A stretch of DNA of 64,000 nucleotides from a virus. Position 1 is the first letter of the stretch. Each line of letters begins with the position of its first letter. The notes under the pieces were generated by a model. The model searched no databases. It saw only the letters and a list, made by a program, of their open reading frames with translations, and was not told the origin of the DNA. Both the position numbers and the translations under genes were made by a program. This document shows positions 38,703 through 48,699 of the stretch, piece after piece. The DNA is taken from positions 1-64,000 of the IMG/VR virus record IMGVR_UViG_3300044961_000262; one strand, written 5' to 3'.

Positions 38703-39473
38703 ATGAAACAAAAAATTAAACGTCTATATTTCGATATAGAAATAAGTCCGAATGTTGTATATTCTTGGAATACAGGATACAACATAAAAATTGATCCTGA
38801 AAATATAGTAACTGAAAGAGCTATTATATGTATATGTTATAAATGGGAAGATGAAAAAAAAGTACACTACTTAACTTGGGATAAAGGGAATGATAAAAAG
38901 CTATTAAAAGAATTTATAGAAATAATAAATTCAGCGGATGAAGTTGTAGGTCATAATTCCGATAAATTCAATATTAAATGGGTAAGAACAAGATGTTTAT
39001 ATCATAGAATTCCGGCAATGCCTAAGTATAAATCTATTGACACATTAAAGCTTTCTAAAAGTCAATTTAAATTTAATTCTAATAAATTAGATTATATATC
39101 TAAATATTTAGGTTTCGGAGGTAAGATTAAAACGTCTTATGATTTATGGAAAAGAATAATGAATAATGATCAGAAAGCTTTAGATCAAATGGTTAGGTAT
39201 TGTAAAAAAGATGTTTTAATTTTAGAAGAAGTATATAAATCAATACAGCTATATTCTCCACATAAGACTCATGTAGGAGTTCATTTCGGAGGATATAAAT
39301 CGGATTGTCCTAAATGTGGCTCCGAAAAAGTTCATTCTAGAGGTTATTCTACAACAGCTGCCGGTACTATTAGCAGAAGATGTAATTGTAAAGATTGTAA
39401 TACTTGGTTTAGTGTACCCTTAACAACATTCAATAAAGAAAATAGAATTAAAAATAATGTCGCAAAAATATGA
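38703..39473 (+). CDS. RNase H-fold (DEDD) exonuclease with C-terminal Zn ribbon
   Basis: FDIE, GHNSDKFN, IDTL, YCKKDV; CPKCG...CKDC. Confidence 0.8.
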   Translation: MKQKIKRLYFDIEISPNVVYSWNTGYNIKIDPENIVTERAIICICYKWEDEKKVHYLTWDKGNDKKLLKEFIEIINSADEVVGHNSDKFNIKWVRTRCLYHRIPAMPKYKSIDTLKLSKSQFKFNSNKLDYISKYLGFGGKIKTSYDLWKRIMNNDQKALDQMVRYCKKDVLILEEVYKSIQLYSPHKTHVGVHFGGYKSDCPKCGSEKVHSRGYSTTAAGTISRRCNCKDCNTWFSVPLTTFNKENRIKNNVAKI

Positions 39474-39754
39474 AATTTATTAAATTAGAAGTTCTTTATT
39501 CGTCAGTTAATGATGATGAAACGGATTCATATAAAAATGTATTAAAAGAAATAGGTGTAGATTCGGAAGAAGATGCTGTTTTTAAAACTACATATTTTAA
39601 TAATGAAAACTTTAAAGAAGAAATATTTTGTATAGCAGCAAGAAAGGATAATCCTGATAATTCAGTTATTGAATTTTTTGACGGTAAAAGTATAATTGTA
39701 AATGAAAAGCTTGAAAATTTAATTTTAAAATTAAATGATACCGAAACAGTTTAA
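39470..39754 (+). CDS. Hypothetical protein
   Basis: Operon-packed ORF. Confidence 0.6.
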   Translation: MKFIKLEVLYSSVNDDETDSYKNVLKEIGVDSEEDAVFKTTYFNNENFKEEIFCIAARKDNPDNSVIEFFDGKSIIVNEKLENLILKLNDTETV

Positions 39755-40058
39755 AATATTAAACCATACAATTGATGTAATATTCGACAATGAATATTGT
39801 TATCAGAAAAATGCTTTCGGTATATTTTTAGCAAATGAAAATAAAATAATATTAGCTGATAGCTATAGAACAAAGAAGCAATGGAGAAAATATAAACCTG
39901 AAATTGTAGAACATGTCTTTCATCATGAAATGGTTCACGTAATATTGTATTATATGAATCATTCTCTTTTTGAAAATGAAGAATTTGTAGATAATTTTGC
40001 AGGATTATTAGCTCAAATAGAACAAACGAAAAAATATGAAATTAATGAAAGTAACTGA
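39735..40058 (+). CDS. Small zincin-like metallopeptidase
   Basis: HEMVH followed by E..VD. Confidence 0.7.
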   Translation: MIPKQFKILNHTIDVIFDNEYCYQKNAFGIFLANENKIILADSYRTKKQWRKYKPEIVEHVFHHEMVHVILYYMNHSLFENEEFVDNFAGLLAQIEQTKKYEINESN

Positions 40059-40635
40059 AGATCTTCAACTTGAAGTTCTTCCCGAAACAGTTTTAATACC
40101 GGAATTTAAAGATATAATTAAAAAAAATAAAACAGTCGATGGAGCTAAAAAAGATTTTGCTTATATTTATCATATGGCTAATCATGATGGTCCTTATTCA
40201 AGTTATCCAATTCAAGAACGACAACAAAGATTAGCTAATGATTTATATTTAGATCACACTTGGGTTCCTGACGAATACATTAATAAAGCCATTGAAAAAT
40301 ATAAAGAGTTAAATAATAGTCCTTCAACTAAAGCTTTGACTACTATTATTAATGCCATGTATAAAACTAATAAAATAGTAGATACGCTTATTAATGAGAT
40401 AGAACAGAACTTAGCAGATAATAAACATAAAGTTGGTATTAATAACAAAAGAGGTCAAGTTGTTTCAGGTATTGAATTAATGCTCAACGACTTAACGGCT
40501 TTAATGAAAGCTTCTAAAGAAGTTCCGAATCTTATAGATCAATATGAAAAGTTACAAGATAAATTAATGAAAGAAAAAATGGAAGCCGCTTCCAAATTTA
40601 GAGGAGGAGCTTCGATAAGTGAATTTGAAAGATAA
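40036..40635 (+). CDS. Conserved crAss-like protein upstream of TerL (possible small terminase subunit)
   Basis: Coupled to TerL; C-terminal RGG. Confidence 0.5.
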   Translation: MKLMKVTEDLQLEVLPETVLIPEFKDIIKKNKTVDGAKKDFAYIYHMANHDGPYSSYPIQERQQRLANDLYLDHTWVPDEYINKAIEKYKELNNSPSTKALTTIINAMYKTNKIVDTLINEIEQNLADNKHKVGINNKRGQVVSGIELMLNDLTALMKASKEVPNLIDQYEKLQDKLMKEKMEAASKFRGGASISEFER

Positions 40636-42713
40636 TGTTTAATTTAGATATATCACATATAAACGTAAATGAATTTAGAAGACCAGCTCTCGACTTTTTA
40701 GAAAATGAAAAAAAGTACGGAAGAGGAAAAGGATTTTATATTGAAGCACCTAAAGGTTCAATCGAATATAAAAACTATTGGCAATTACAAGAACATTACT
40801 GCCGTAATGGATTTTCTGTAGGAGGAATTAAAATTACAGGAGAACATTATTTCTATCTTAACTTTTGTCAAATATCTCTAAAGTTATCCGCAAAAGCAGA
40901 TTCAGTTGAAGAATTAGTTGGTAAAAAGAAAAAAGTATTAACGTCAGTTACTTTTCCTGATTTCTGGGATAGTGACTGGTATTACTTCAATGAATGTAAA
41001 AGAGCTGAAGAACTAGGTCTTCATATGATCGTTTTAAAACCTAGACGTAGAGGTTATTCTTATAAAAATGCAGCTAAATGCGCATGGACATATACATTTA
41101 GTAAAACAATGTCCAACTCTTTAATATTAGCTGAAGATAAAAAATATTCTGAAGAAACTATGAGAATGGCTGTAAGTTATTTAGATTTTTTAATTAAATA
41201 TACAGCTTTTGGTAGACAAAGACAGCATATTAATAAACCTAGAGAAATGGTTCAAGCTTCTTATGAAGAAATAACTGCTGACGGAAGAAAGATACCGGGA
41301 GGATCAATGTCAAGAATAATGCAATATTCTACTTTAAATAATCCAGATGTTGTTCGTGGTAAAGATGCTAGAGTAATTTTATTTGAAGAAGCCGGTTCAA
41401 TGTCGAACTTAAAAGCTACCTATACTGTAACGAGACCAACTGTTGAAAGCGGTACTTCGGTTTCAGGACAAATATTTGTTTATGGAACCGGTGGTGACTT
41501 TAGTGGAGGTATGGTAGATTTTGAAGAAATGTTTTATGATCCAAATAGTTACGGGTTTTTAGCTTATGATAATATGTATGATGAAGGAAGTACTCAACAA
41601 ATAGGATACTTTCTTCCAGATTCGTATTCAAAAGAAGGATATATTTCAAGTCAAGGTAAATCTTGGCATAAAGAAGCTGAAGTTGCAATATTAGCTGAAA
41701 GAGAGCGTCTTAGAAGAACTACTAAAGATATAAATTTAGTAGATAAAATGATTTGCGAAAATCCTCTTAAACCTTCTGAAGCAATGTTAAAAATGGGTAC
41801 TAACATTTACCCTAAAGCTGAAATTAATAGACAAATATCCCGCATTAAATCTGACGGAATGATTCGTAATCTAGGTATTACTGGTTATTTTGAAACAAAT
41901 GAAATGGGAGAAGTTAAGTTTAATCCATCTACTGATGTTAAACCTATACTTAACTTTCCATATAAACAAGATACTGATGGAGAAGGCTGTGTAATAATTT
42001 ATCAGCATCCATTTAAAATGGGAAATATTATTCCAAATGAACTTTACTACATCTGTACAGACCCTTACGCAATGGATAAAGATAAATCTAAAGAATTAAC
42101 TAAAAGAGATTCATTAGGAGCAGCTTATGTAATAAAGAGAATTAATAATTTTTCTAAACCTTTCGATATAATTGTAGCCGAATATGTGGCTAGACCTAAA
42201 TTTCAAGATGATTTTAATAGAACTCTTTTTCAATTAGCTGAATACTATAATGCTAAAATTGTATTTGAAAATGATAGAGACGGTAATATAATATCTTATG
42301 CTAGAACTCATAAATTACTTAATCGTCTTGAAGAAGAGTTAACAGTTTACGATTCTAATGACCAACCTAGAAGAAAGTTAGGTAGAAGTTATGGAGTTTC
42401 AATGTCTAATATTGAAGTTAAAAAACAAGCAGTTCAGTATTTTAGAGATTGGTTATTAGCTCCTAGAGAAAAAAATGCTGAGGGAATTCAAGAACTTAAT
42501 TTACATAAAATTTATTCCGTACCGTTACTTGAAGAAATTCTTAAATTTAGTTATGACGGTAACTTTGATAGACATTCGGCTATGTTAGTTGCAATGTTAT
42601 ATAAAAAAGAATTGTTAATGAAACCTGAAGTTAAAAAAACGGAAGAATCTCCGTTTAAAAGTGAGTTTTTTCAAAACTTAGATAACTCTCTTGGAATTAG
42701 GCAAAACATATGA
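40635..42713 (+). CDS. terL: Terminase large subunit
   Basis: KPRRRGYSY Walker A, LFEEAG Walker B, GTGG, DPY..D, GNFDR nuclease motifs. Confidence 0.93.
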   Translation: MFNLDISHINVNEFRRPALDFLENEKKYGRGKGFYIEAPKGSIEYKNYWQLQEHYCRNGFSVGGIKITGEHYFYLNFCQISLKLSAKADSVEELVGKKKKVLTSVTFPDFWDSDWYYFNECKRAEELGLHMIVLKPRRRGYSYKNAAKCAWTYTFSKTMSNSLILAEDKKYSEETMRMAVSYLDFLIKYTAFGRQRQHINKPREMVQASYEEITADGRKIPGGSMSRIMQYSTLNNPDVVRGKDARVILFEEAGSMSNLKATYTVTRPTVESGTSVSGQIFVYGTGGDFSGGMVDFEEMFYDPNSYGFLAYDNMYDEGSTQQIGYFLPDSYSKEGYISSQGKSWHKEAEVAILAERERLRRTTKDINLVDKMICENPLKPSEAMLKMGTNIYPKAEINRQISRIKSDGMIRNLGITGYFETNEMGEVKFNPSTDVKPILNFPYKQDTDGEGCVIIYQHPFKMGNIIPNELYYICTDPYAMDKDKSKELTKRDSLGAAYVIKRINNFSKPFDIIVAEYVARPKFQDDFNRTLFQLAEYYNAKIVFENDRDGNIISYARTHKLLNRLEEELTVYDSNDQPRRKLGRSYGVSMSNIEVKKQAVQYFRDWLLAPREKNAEGIQELNLHKIYSVPLLEEILKFSYDGNFDRHSAMLVAMLYKKELLMKPEVKKTEESPFKSEFFQNLDNSLGIRQNI

Positions 42714-42721
42714 TAAATTTG
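42691..42721 (+). promoter_or_regulatory. Bacteroidota-type sigma promoter before the portal gene
   Basis: TTG-N20-TAAATTTG. Confidence 0.55.
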
Positions 42722-42734
42722 TAATAAAAAAACA

Positions 42735-45059
42735 ATGTCTGAAGATATAAAAGTTTCCGGTAATTTACTTCCTGTACAAACAGTAAGTTATGATGAAAAG
42801 ATTAAAGACAATTTTGCGTGGGCAAAACAAACTATGCAATCTTTAATTGGACGTTCATATTTTGCTACAACTCAACATAAATTAGCTATAAAAAAATTAT
42901 ATGACTACTATAATGGTCATGTTGACATTAAAGATTATAAAATGATCACCGAACCTTTCGGTATTAAAATGGAAGGAGATTGGTCAGATGTAGTTAACTA
43001 TCCTATCATTAAACCTAAAATAGATTTACTTAGAGGTGAATTTGCTAAAAGACCGAATCAGTTTGAGGTATATATAACTAATTCTGATGTAGTTAATCAA
43101 CAGTTACAAGCTAAAAATCAAATGATTTTACAATCACTTGAGCAGATTTTTGTTAATACTTTAAACGAGCAAGGTTTAAATACAGGAGTTCCTACAGAGC
43201 AACCTCCGCTTCCGGAAGAAATAGAAAAGGAATTCGCTTCTAGTTATCGAGATAAAAGAGCAATTAATGGTCAAAATCTTTTAGAATATATTCGCCAATA
43301 TAATAAAATAGATGAAAAATGGAGATTAGCTTGGTTTCATTGGTTAATTGCAGGAGAAGTTTATACTTGTCATGGAATCGAAAACAATGAACCTTATGAA
43401 GAAATAGTTAATCCTTTAGATATTGATTATGATAAAGATCCGGATATAGAATTTATTGAAGATGCTGAATGGGTAGTTAGACGTAAGTTTATGAATCCAT
43501 CAAGTATTGTTGAGTTTTTTTATGAAGATTTAGGAAAAACAGATGAAGAAATTAAAGATGCAATTCAGAAAATAGAAAATATGGCGACAAATACTACAAT
43601 GTTTTCGTCAACAACTCCTCATATATCGGATCGTACAGGACCTCAACAAGTATATAATAGATTAGTTGAAGTAAAACATGTAGTTTGGATAAGTAAAAAA
43701 AGAACTGGAATTTGCACATTTACTGACGAATATGGTCAAATTCAATCAATGGAAGTTGATGAAAATTTTAAACCGTTAACTGAAATAGGTCAGGAAGTAG
43801 AATGGTTTTGGGTAAATGAAATATGGGAAGGATATTTAATTGGAGTGGATATGTATTTAAAAATACGTCCTGTTCCTGTACAAAGAACCGCTTTAGATAA
43901 TATATCTAAATGTAAACTTCCGTATAATGGTAGAATTTTACAAGCAATTAATTCTCAAAACATATCTTTAGTAATGTTAGGAGTACCTTATCAGATACTT
44001 TATAACGCTACTTTTCATCGTCTTAAATTAGCTATGGCTAAAATGAAAGATGATATGATACAACTTGATATTAATCTTAAACCTAAAGACATGTCTCTCG
44101 AGAAGTGGTTACTTTATGGAGATATGACTTCCATTTTATTTGTCGATTATACTAAAGACGGATATAGGGGTTCTTCAACTCACCAGTCAGTTCTTAAAAT
44201 GGCATCTACAACTGTAGCAAGCTATATTGAACTTTTAAGATTTATTAAACAAGAATGGGAAGAAGTTTGCGGAATATCTAGGCAGCGTGAAGGACAAATA
44301 GCAAATTCAGAAACAGTAGGAGGAGTTGAAAGAGCGGTAGTTCAATCATCTTTAATTACTGAAATTTATTTCGATTTATTCGATCAATTTAAAGAACGTG
44401 AACTTCAAGCTTTATTAGATTATTCTAAATTTGCTTGGGCTGATGGTAAAAAAACATCGTTTATATTACCTGATTCCGGTAAAATTGTATATTTAGATGT
44501 GGATCCAATTGAACATACTGAAGCTGAATATGGAATTTTTGTAGCAATGTCAGGTAAACAATTAGAAAAACGTAAACAGCTTGAAGCTCAATTACAAAAC
44601 TTTATTCAAAATAATAGTAAACCATCTACTATAATTGACATTATAGATTCGGATAACTTCGCTGATATTAAAGCTAAAGTACTTTATGCTGAACAAAAAG
44701 CTGATGAATATAATCAACAAATAGAGCAGATGAAAGGTGAACAGCAAAAACAAATTTTAGCGATGCAAGATGAAATGGCTCAAAAACAACATCAATATAA
44801 ACTTGAAGAAATAGATAGAAAAGGTGAATGGGATTTACGTAAAGCTGAAATAGTAGCTTATGGTTTCGATGAAGGTGATGATAATGATTTGATTAAAAAT
44901 GCTACGAATGAAGCTCTTAAACGTGAAGAACTTAACATTAAACGTCAAGAACTTAGTCAGAAAGAAATAGATTCTCAACGTAAAGCGAATACTGAAAAAT
45001 ATAAAATCGATAAACAAGTTGAAATAGCAAAAACTAACAAAAATAAACATGATAAATAG
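42735..45059 (+). CDS. Portal protein
   Basis: Follows TerL; YPII.PKIDLL.GE, GISRQREG and long C-terminal coiled coil as in crAss-like portals. Confidence 0.88.
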   Translation: MSEDIKVSGNLLPVQTVSYDEKIKDNFAWAKQTMQSLIGRSYFATTQHKLAIKKLYDYYNGHVDIKDYKMITEPFGIKMEGDWSDVVNYPIIKPKIDLLRGEFAKRPNQFEVYITNSDVVNQQLQAKNQMILQSLEQIFVNTLNEQGLNTGVPTEQPPLPEEIEKEFASSYRDKRAINGQNLLEYIRQYNKIDEKWRLAWFHWLIAGEVYTCHGIENNEPYEEIVNPLDIDYDKDPDIEFIEDAEWVVRRKFMNPSSIVEFFYEDLGKTDEEIKDAIQKIENMATNTTMFSSTTPHISDRTGPQQVYNRLVEVKHVVWISKKRTGICTFTDEYGQIQSMEVDENFKPLTEIGQEVEWFWVNEIWEGYLIGVDMYLKIRPVPVQRTALDNISKCKLPYNGRILQAINSQNISLVMLGVPYQILYNATFHRLKLAMAKMKDDMIQLDINLKPKDMSLEKWLLYGDMTSILFVDYTKDGYRGSSTHQSVLKMASTTVASYIELLRFIKQEWEEVCGISRQREGQIANSETVGGVERAVVQSSLITEIYFDLFDQFKERELQALLDYSKFAWADGKKTSFILPDSGKIVYLDVDPIEHTEAEYGIFVAMSGKQLEKRKQLEAQLQNFIQNNSKPSTIIDIIDSDNFADIKAKVLYAEQKADEYNQQIEQMKGEQQKQILAMQDEMAQKQHQYKLEEIDRKGEWDLRKAEIVAYGFDEGDDNDLIKNATNEALKREELNIKRQELSQKEIDSQRKANTEKYKIDKQVEIAKTNKNKHDK

Positions 45060-45142
45060 TGTATAATATAATAAGGAGAGATTAAAAAACTTTTCATAAC
45101 TAATTGACAAATAAATAAACATATATTAATTTTACAACAGAA

Positions 45143-46243
45143 ATGGCAGAAGAACTAGAATTTGATGATTTCGGTCTGGAAGACCCAATCTCAACAGATG
45201 AAAATTTAGAAACCGATAATGGATCGGCAACTAATGACACTACAGCTGATTCTCAAACAGACCCTGAGAATCAACCTGAACCTAAAAAGAAGGGTCGACC
45301 TAAAAAAGATGTACAAAACAAGGGAGTTTCAACTAACGATGGAGCAGAAGAAACGTCTGGAAAAGACGATTTTACTGATCCAAAAAAGAAAGAAATTAAT
45401 GAAGAACTCTCGGAAGAAAGTATCATCAAATCAATGGCTCAAAAATTGGGTATTGAACTTGAAGATGAAATTGAAGATAGTGAAGAAGGTCTTGAGCAAT
45501 TTGTTCAGTTAGCAGCAGATAATATTGCTGATGCTAAACTTAACGAATGGTTACAAAGTCTTCCTCCTGTGGCTTCAGATTTTTTTGATTATCTTCAGTT
45601 ACTTGGAGAAGATGCAAATGAAGATAACATAAAACAGTTCTTTTCAACAGTTAAACCCGAAATAGATTATAAATCTATTGACATTAACAACGAGGACGTT
45701 CAAAAATCTGTAATGAGAAGTTTCTTTAAAAAAATGGATTATACCGATGAAGAAATTAAAGAAGCTATCGAAGATATGGAAATAAGTAACACTCTCAGAA
45801 AACAAGCTGAAATTGCTTCTAAAAAATTAGCGGCAATGCAGGAAAAAGAAAGAGCTAAACTTATTGAACAAGAAAAAGAACAAGAAAATTTACGCAGACA
45901 AAATACTCAAAGGTTTTTTAGTAACGTAAAACAGATTTTGGATCAAGGAAAAGTAAATAACTTTACTATACCTGTAACAGAACGTAAAGCAATTTTTGAT
46001 TACGATACTAAAGGTCAATTTATGGAAGACCTTAATGCTGCTTTGAAAGATCCAGCTAAACGTGTTGAATTAGCGATTGCTTTAAAAAATAAATTTAATC
46101 TCAGTAAATATGTAGCTGTAGCGGCAACAACTGCAAAAGCTAATACTTTAAAAGAGAAACTGTTAGCATCACAAGGTAAAACTAAAAATGGTGCAAACAC
46201 TTCTCAAAGTATTAACAGCGATATTGATTGGGATACATTATAA
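45143..46243 (+). CDS. Capsid scaffolding-like protein
   Basis: Acidic low-complexity N-terminus and coiled coil; between portal and capsid genes. Confidence 0.7.
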   Translation: MAEELEFDDFGLEDPISTDENLETDNGSATNDTTADSQTDPENQPEPKKKGRPKKDVQNKGVSTNDGAEETSGKDDFTDPKKKEINEELSEESIIKSMAQKLGIELEDEIEDSEEGLEQFVQLAADNIADAKLNEWLQSLPPVASDFFDYLQLLGEDANEDNIKQFFSTVKPEIDYKSIDINNEDVQKSVMRSFFKKMDYTDEEIKEAIEDMEISNTLRKQAEIASKKLAAMQEKERAKLIEQEKEQENLRRQNTQRFFSNVKQILDQGKVNNFTIPVTERKAIFDYDTKGQFMEDLNAALKDPAKRVELAIALKNKFNLSKYVAVAATTAKANTLKEKLLASQGKTKNGANTSQSINSDIDWDTL

Positions 46244-46273
46244 GTAAATTTCTAAAAAACCAATAAAATAAAA

Positions 46274-47704
46274 ATGGCAAGAATTATCACAAGTCAAACT
46301 TGGAATGAGGAAATGAAGACTAATGATGCTAATCTTAGCAACATGCTTCTTTTACAACCAGAGAAAATATCTCCGGTCCTCACCTATTTAATGGGTAGCG
46401 AAGACTCACGTTTTCCGCTACATTATTTATCAGAAGGTATGCGTTCAACCGAAGAAATCGTAGGTGACGAATACGAATACGACATTATGGGTCGTCTATT
46501 TAAAGCTGTTCCTCTTGCTGAAGCAGTTAACATTACTGAAGCAGGTAAAGGATATAGCGAATTTATTATGAAGTTTAATGAAGGTATTTTCCCTGAAAAG
46601 TACACTATCATTTCTCCTCGTCAATACCAATTGACAATTGTTAGTCGTAAGAGCATTAGCGGTCAATGGCATTACAAGGTAAGATTAGCTTCACCTAAAT
46701 CCGCTAATGAATCAATTCCCGCAAGTGAATTACAAGCTGGTAGTTTGTATACACTAGGATGGTACGCAGCTTCAAGCTTTGGATCACGTGGTTCTGAATC
46801 AACTTCAACTGCTCCATTTAAAGTACGTGGACACGTTTCAACTATTCGTAAATCTTACAAATGGGAAGGTAACGTAAAACATCGTAAAGCAATGGGTATT
46901 GAACTTGGAACTAAAGGTGGAGGTTCGAAACAATTATGGTGGTCATTTGAAGAATGGCAACATAACCTAAGTTTCCGTAGAGAATGCGAAACTAACTTCT
47001 GGTATTCAAAATCTAACGTTGACGCTAATGGTCAAACTCACGAATTTGATGAAGAAGGAAATCCAATTTATCGTGGTTCAGGATTGCTAGAACAAGTTAT
47101 TAATAAAGATACTTACTCTGAATTAACAGCTGAAAAACTTAAACAAGTTGTTCGTGATGCTTTCTTTGGAATGAGCGATGCCCAAAACAAATCAATTACT
47201 TTATTTACCGGTACAGGTGGACGTGATATGTTCGATACCGCAATGAAGAATGAATTGTTAGGTGCTGGTTATATTAAACTTTCTGATAACAAATTTGTTA
47301 CAGGCGGTGGATATAGCCTTAAATTAGGTGGATACTTCGATACTTACCAACATGTTGACGGTTACACAATTAATATTGTAACTAATCGTCTTTATGATGA
47401 TGGTCCTGCTGCTAAAGGTTTATTTCATCCTAAAACCACTTTACCTCTCGAATCATATCGTATGACTTTTGTTGACACTTCAGTTTATGACGGTCAATCT
47501 AATTTAACGATGATTACTAAAAAAGGACGTTCTATGGTACGTGCTATGGTAAAAGGTATCAATGAAGTAAGTCAGAATCTTCAAGGTAACGATTTAGTTG
47601 CTACCGATAAAGATGCTAGTTCACTTCACATGTTAAAAACCGGACAAGTTGTACTTCGTAGGTTCAATACTTCTATTGACCTTCAATGTGTCGCTGGTTT
47701 GTAG
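46274..47704 (+). CDS. Major capsid protein
   Basis: 476 aa, synteny, G.GLLEQ and LFTG.GG motifs, high-expression codon usage, strong terminator. Confidence 0.88.
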   Translation: MARIITSQTWNEEMKTNDANLSNMLLLQPEKISPVLTYLMGSEDSRFPLHYLSEGMRSTEEIVGDEYEYDIMGRLFKAVPLAEAVNITEAGKGYSEFIMKFNEGIFPEKYTIISPRQYQLTIVSRKSISGQWHYKVRLASPKSANESIPASELQAGSLYTLGWYAASSFGSRGSESTSTAPFKVRGHVSTIRKSYKWEGNVKHRKAMGIELGTKGGGSKQLWWSFEEWQHNLSFRRECETNFWYSKSNVDANGQTHEFDEEGNPIYRGSGLLEQVINKDTYSELTAEKLKQVVRDAFFGMSDAQNKSITLFTGTGGRDMFDTAMKNELLGAGYIKLSDNKFVTGGGYSLKLGGYFDTYQHVDGYTINIVTNRLYDDGPAAKGLFHPKTTLPLESYRMTFVDTSVYDGQSNLTMITKKGRSMVRAMVKGINEVSQNLQGNDLVATDKDASSLHMLKTGQVVLRRFNTSIDLQCVAGL

Positions 47705-47710
47705 AAATAT

Positions 47711-47733
47711 AAGGGAGGGTAAAACCTCCCTTT
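47711..47733 (+). terminator. Terminator after the capsid gene
   Basis: AAGGGAGG-GTAAAA-CCTCCCTTT. Confidence 0.8.
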
Positions 47734-47738
47734 AATAT

Positions 47739-47812
47739 CGGGTTGTAGTGTTAATGGCAGCACAATAATTACGAGAATTATTAGATGGGGTTCGATTCCC
47801 TGCCCCCGACCA
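47739..47812 (+). tRNA. Degenerate tRNA-like element (irregular anticodon arm and acceptor stem)
   Basis: TAGTGTTAATGGCAGCAC D-arm, GGGGTTCGATTCCC T-arm and 3' ACCA; acceptor stem has mismatches; anticodon loop lacks U33 in the 7-nt register. Confidence 0.55.
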
Positions 47813-47832
47813 CTTTAAAATAAAAAAGAAAA

Positions 47833-48699
47833 ATGAGTAGAAAAATCAGATTAGTAAGAAAAGAAGCCGTTAGATACGGGCTTCCTAAAAACTTAGCTGC
47901 CGAAAGAGTTTTAAACATCGGTAGTTCATTAGACAAAAACGGTAATCCTGTTAGAGGATTAAGTCATGAAGAAGAAGATAAACTATTGCCTTCGGTAGTA
48001 AGTTTACAATCAAGTGATCCGGGATTTAGAGTTTCGGTAACAAATCTTTACAAAAACATTAGAATCCCTTTGGATTCAGCAGGTAAAGAACTGGAAATCG
48101 GTTTAGATGATTACGGTAATCCTCTTAATATTGAAGATTACATTAAATATAAAATTGCAATAAAACACCCGTGGTTTGCAAAAAGTGAAGAGGAAGCTTA
48201 TAAAAATGACCATCTTCAGTTTTGGGTAGTTGATCCTGAAATTGAAAAAAATCAAGAATCTGATAAACTTCAATTCGCTAAAAAAGCTTACGTTGAGTTT
48301 GCTAAAGTATCTGAAGATTCAGAAAAAATGGATTGGATTTTACGTAACTTAATTGCTAAATATCCGGAAATAGGTTCTATTTCAGATTTAGTTAAATTAA
48401 AACCTAAAGATAAAGAATTAACTTTAAGTAAAATTGTAAAAGATGATCCTGAATATTTCATTAAAGTAGTTGAAGATAAGGATATGTTCTATAAAGCTGA
48501 AATCGCTTCTTTCGTGGAAGCCGGAGTTTTGGTACTTGAAGGTAAGAAATATATTAATGGAACCGAAACTTTAGGAGCTTTAGATTCTACAATTGCTTGG
48601 ATGAAAGATCCTAACAATGCTGAATCGTATGAAATCTTAAAAGCGAGGTTATCTGAATATGGACAACCTTTAACTAAGTCAGTAAAAAAAGGTAAATAA
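47833..48699 (+). CDS. Conserved crAss-like protein downstream of the capsid gene
   Basis: Synteny; NP..IEDYIKY...HP motif. Confidence 0.65.
   Translation: MSRKIRLVRKEAVRYGLPKNLAAERVLNIGSSLDKNGNPVRGLSHEEEDKLLPSVVSLQSSDPGFRVSVTNLYKNIRIPLDSAGKELEIGLDDYGNPLNIEDYIKYKIAIKHPWFAKSEEEAYKNDHLQFWVVDPEIEKNQESDKLQFAKKAYVEFAKVSEDSEKMDWILRNLIAKYPEIGSISDLVKLKPKDKELTLSKIVKDDPEYFIKVVEDKDMFYKAEIASFVEAGVLVLEGKKYINGTETLGALDSTIAWMKDPNNAESYEILKARLSEYGQPLTKSVKKGK

Noticed and set aside
8887-42713. Introns or inteins in PolB, primase, helicases or TerL
   Set aside because: Genes are uninterrupted and of normal length, with no intein or homing-endonuclease motifs
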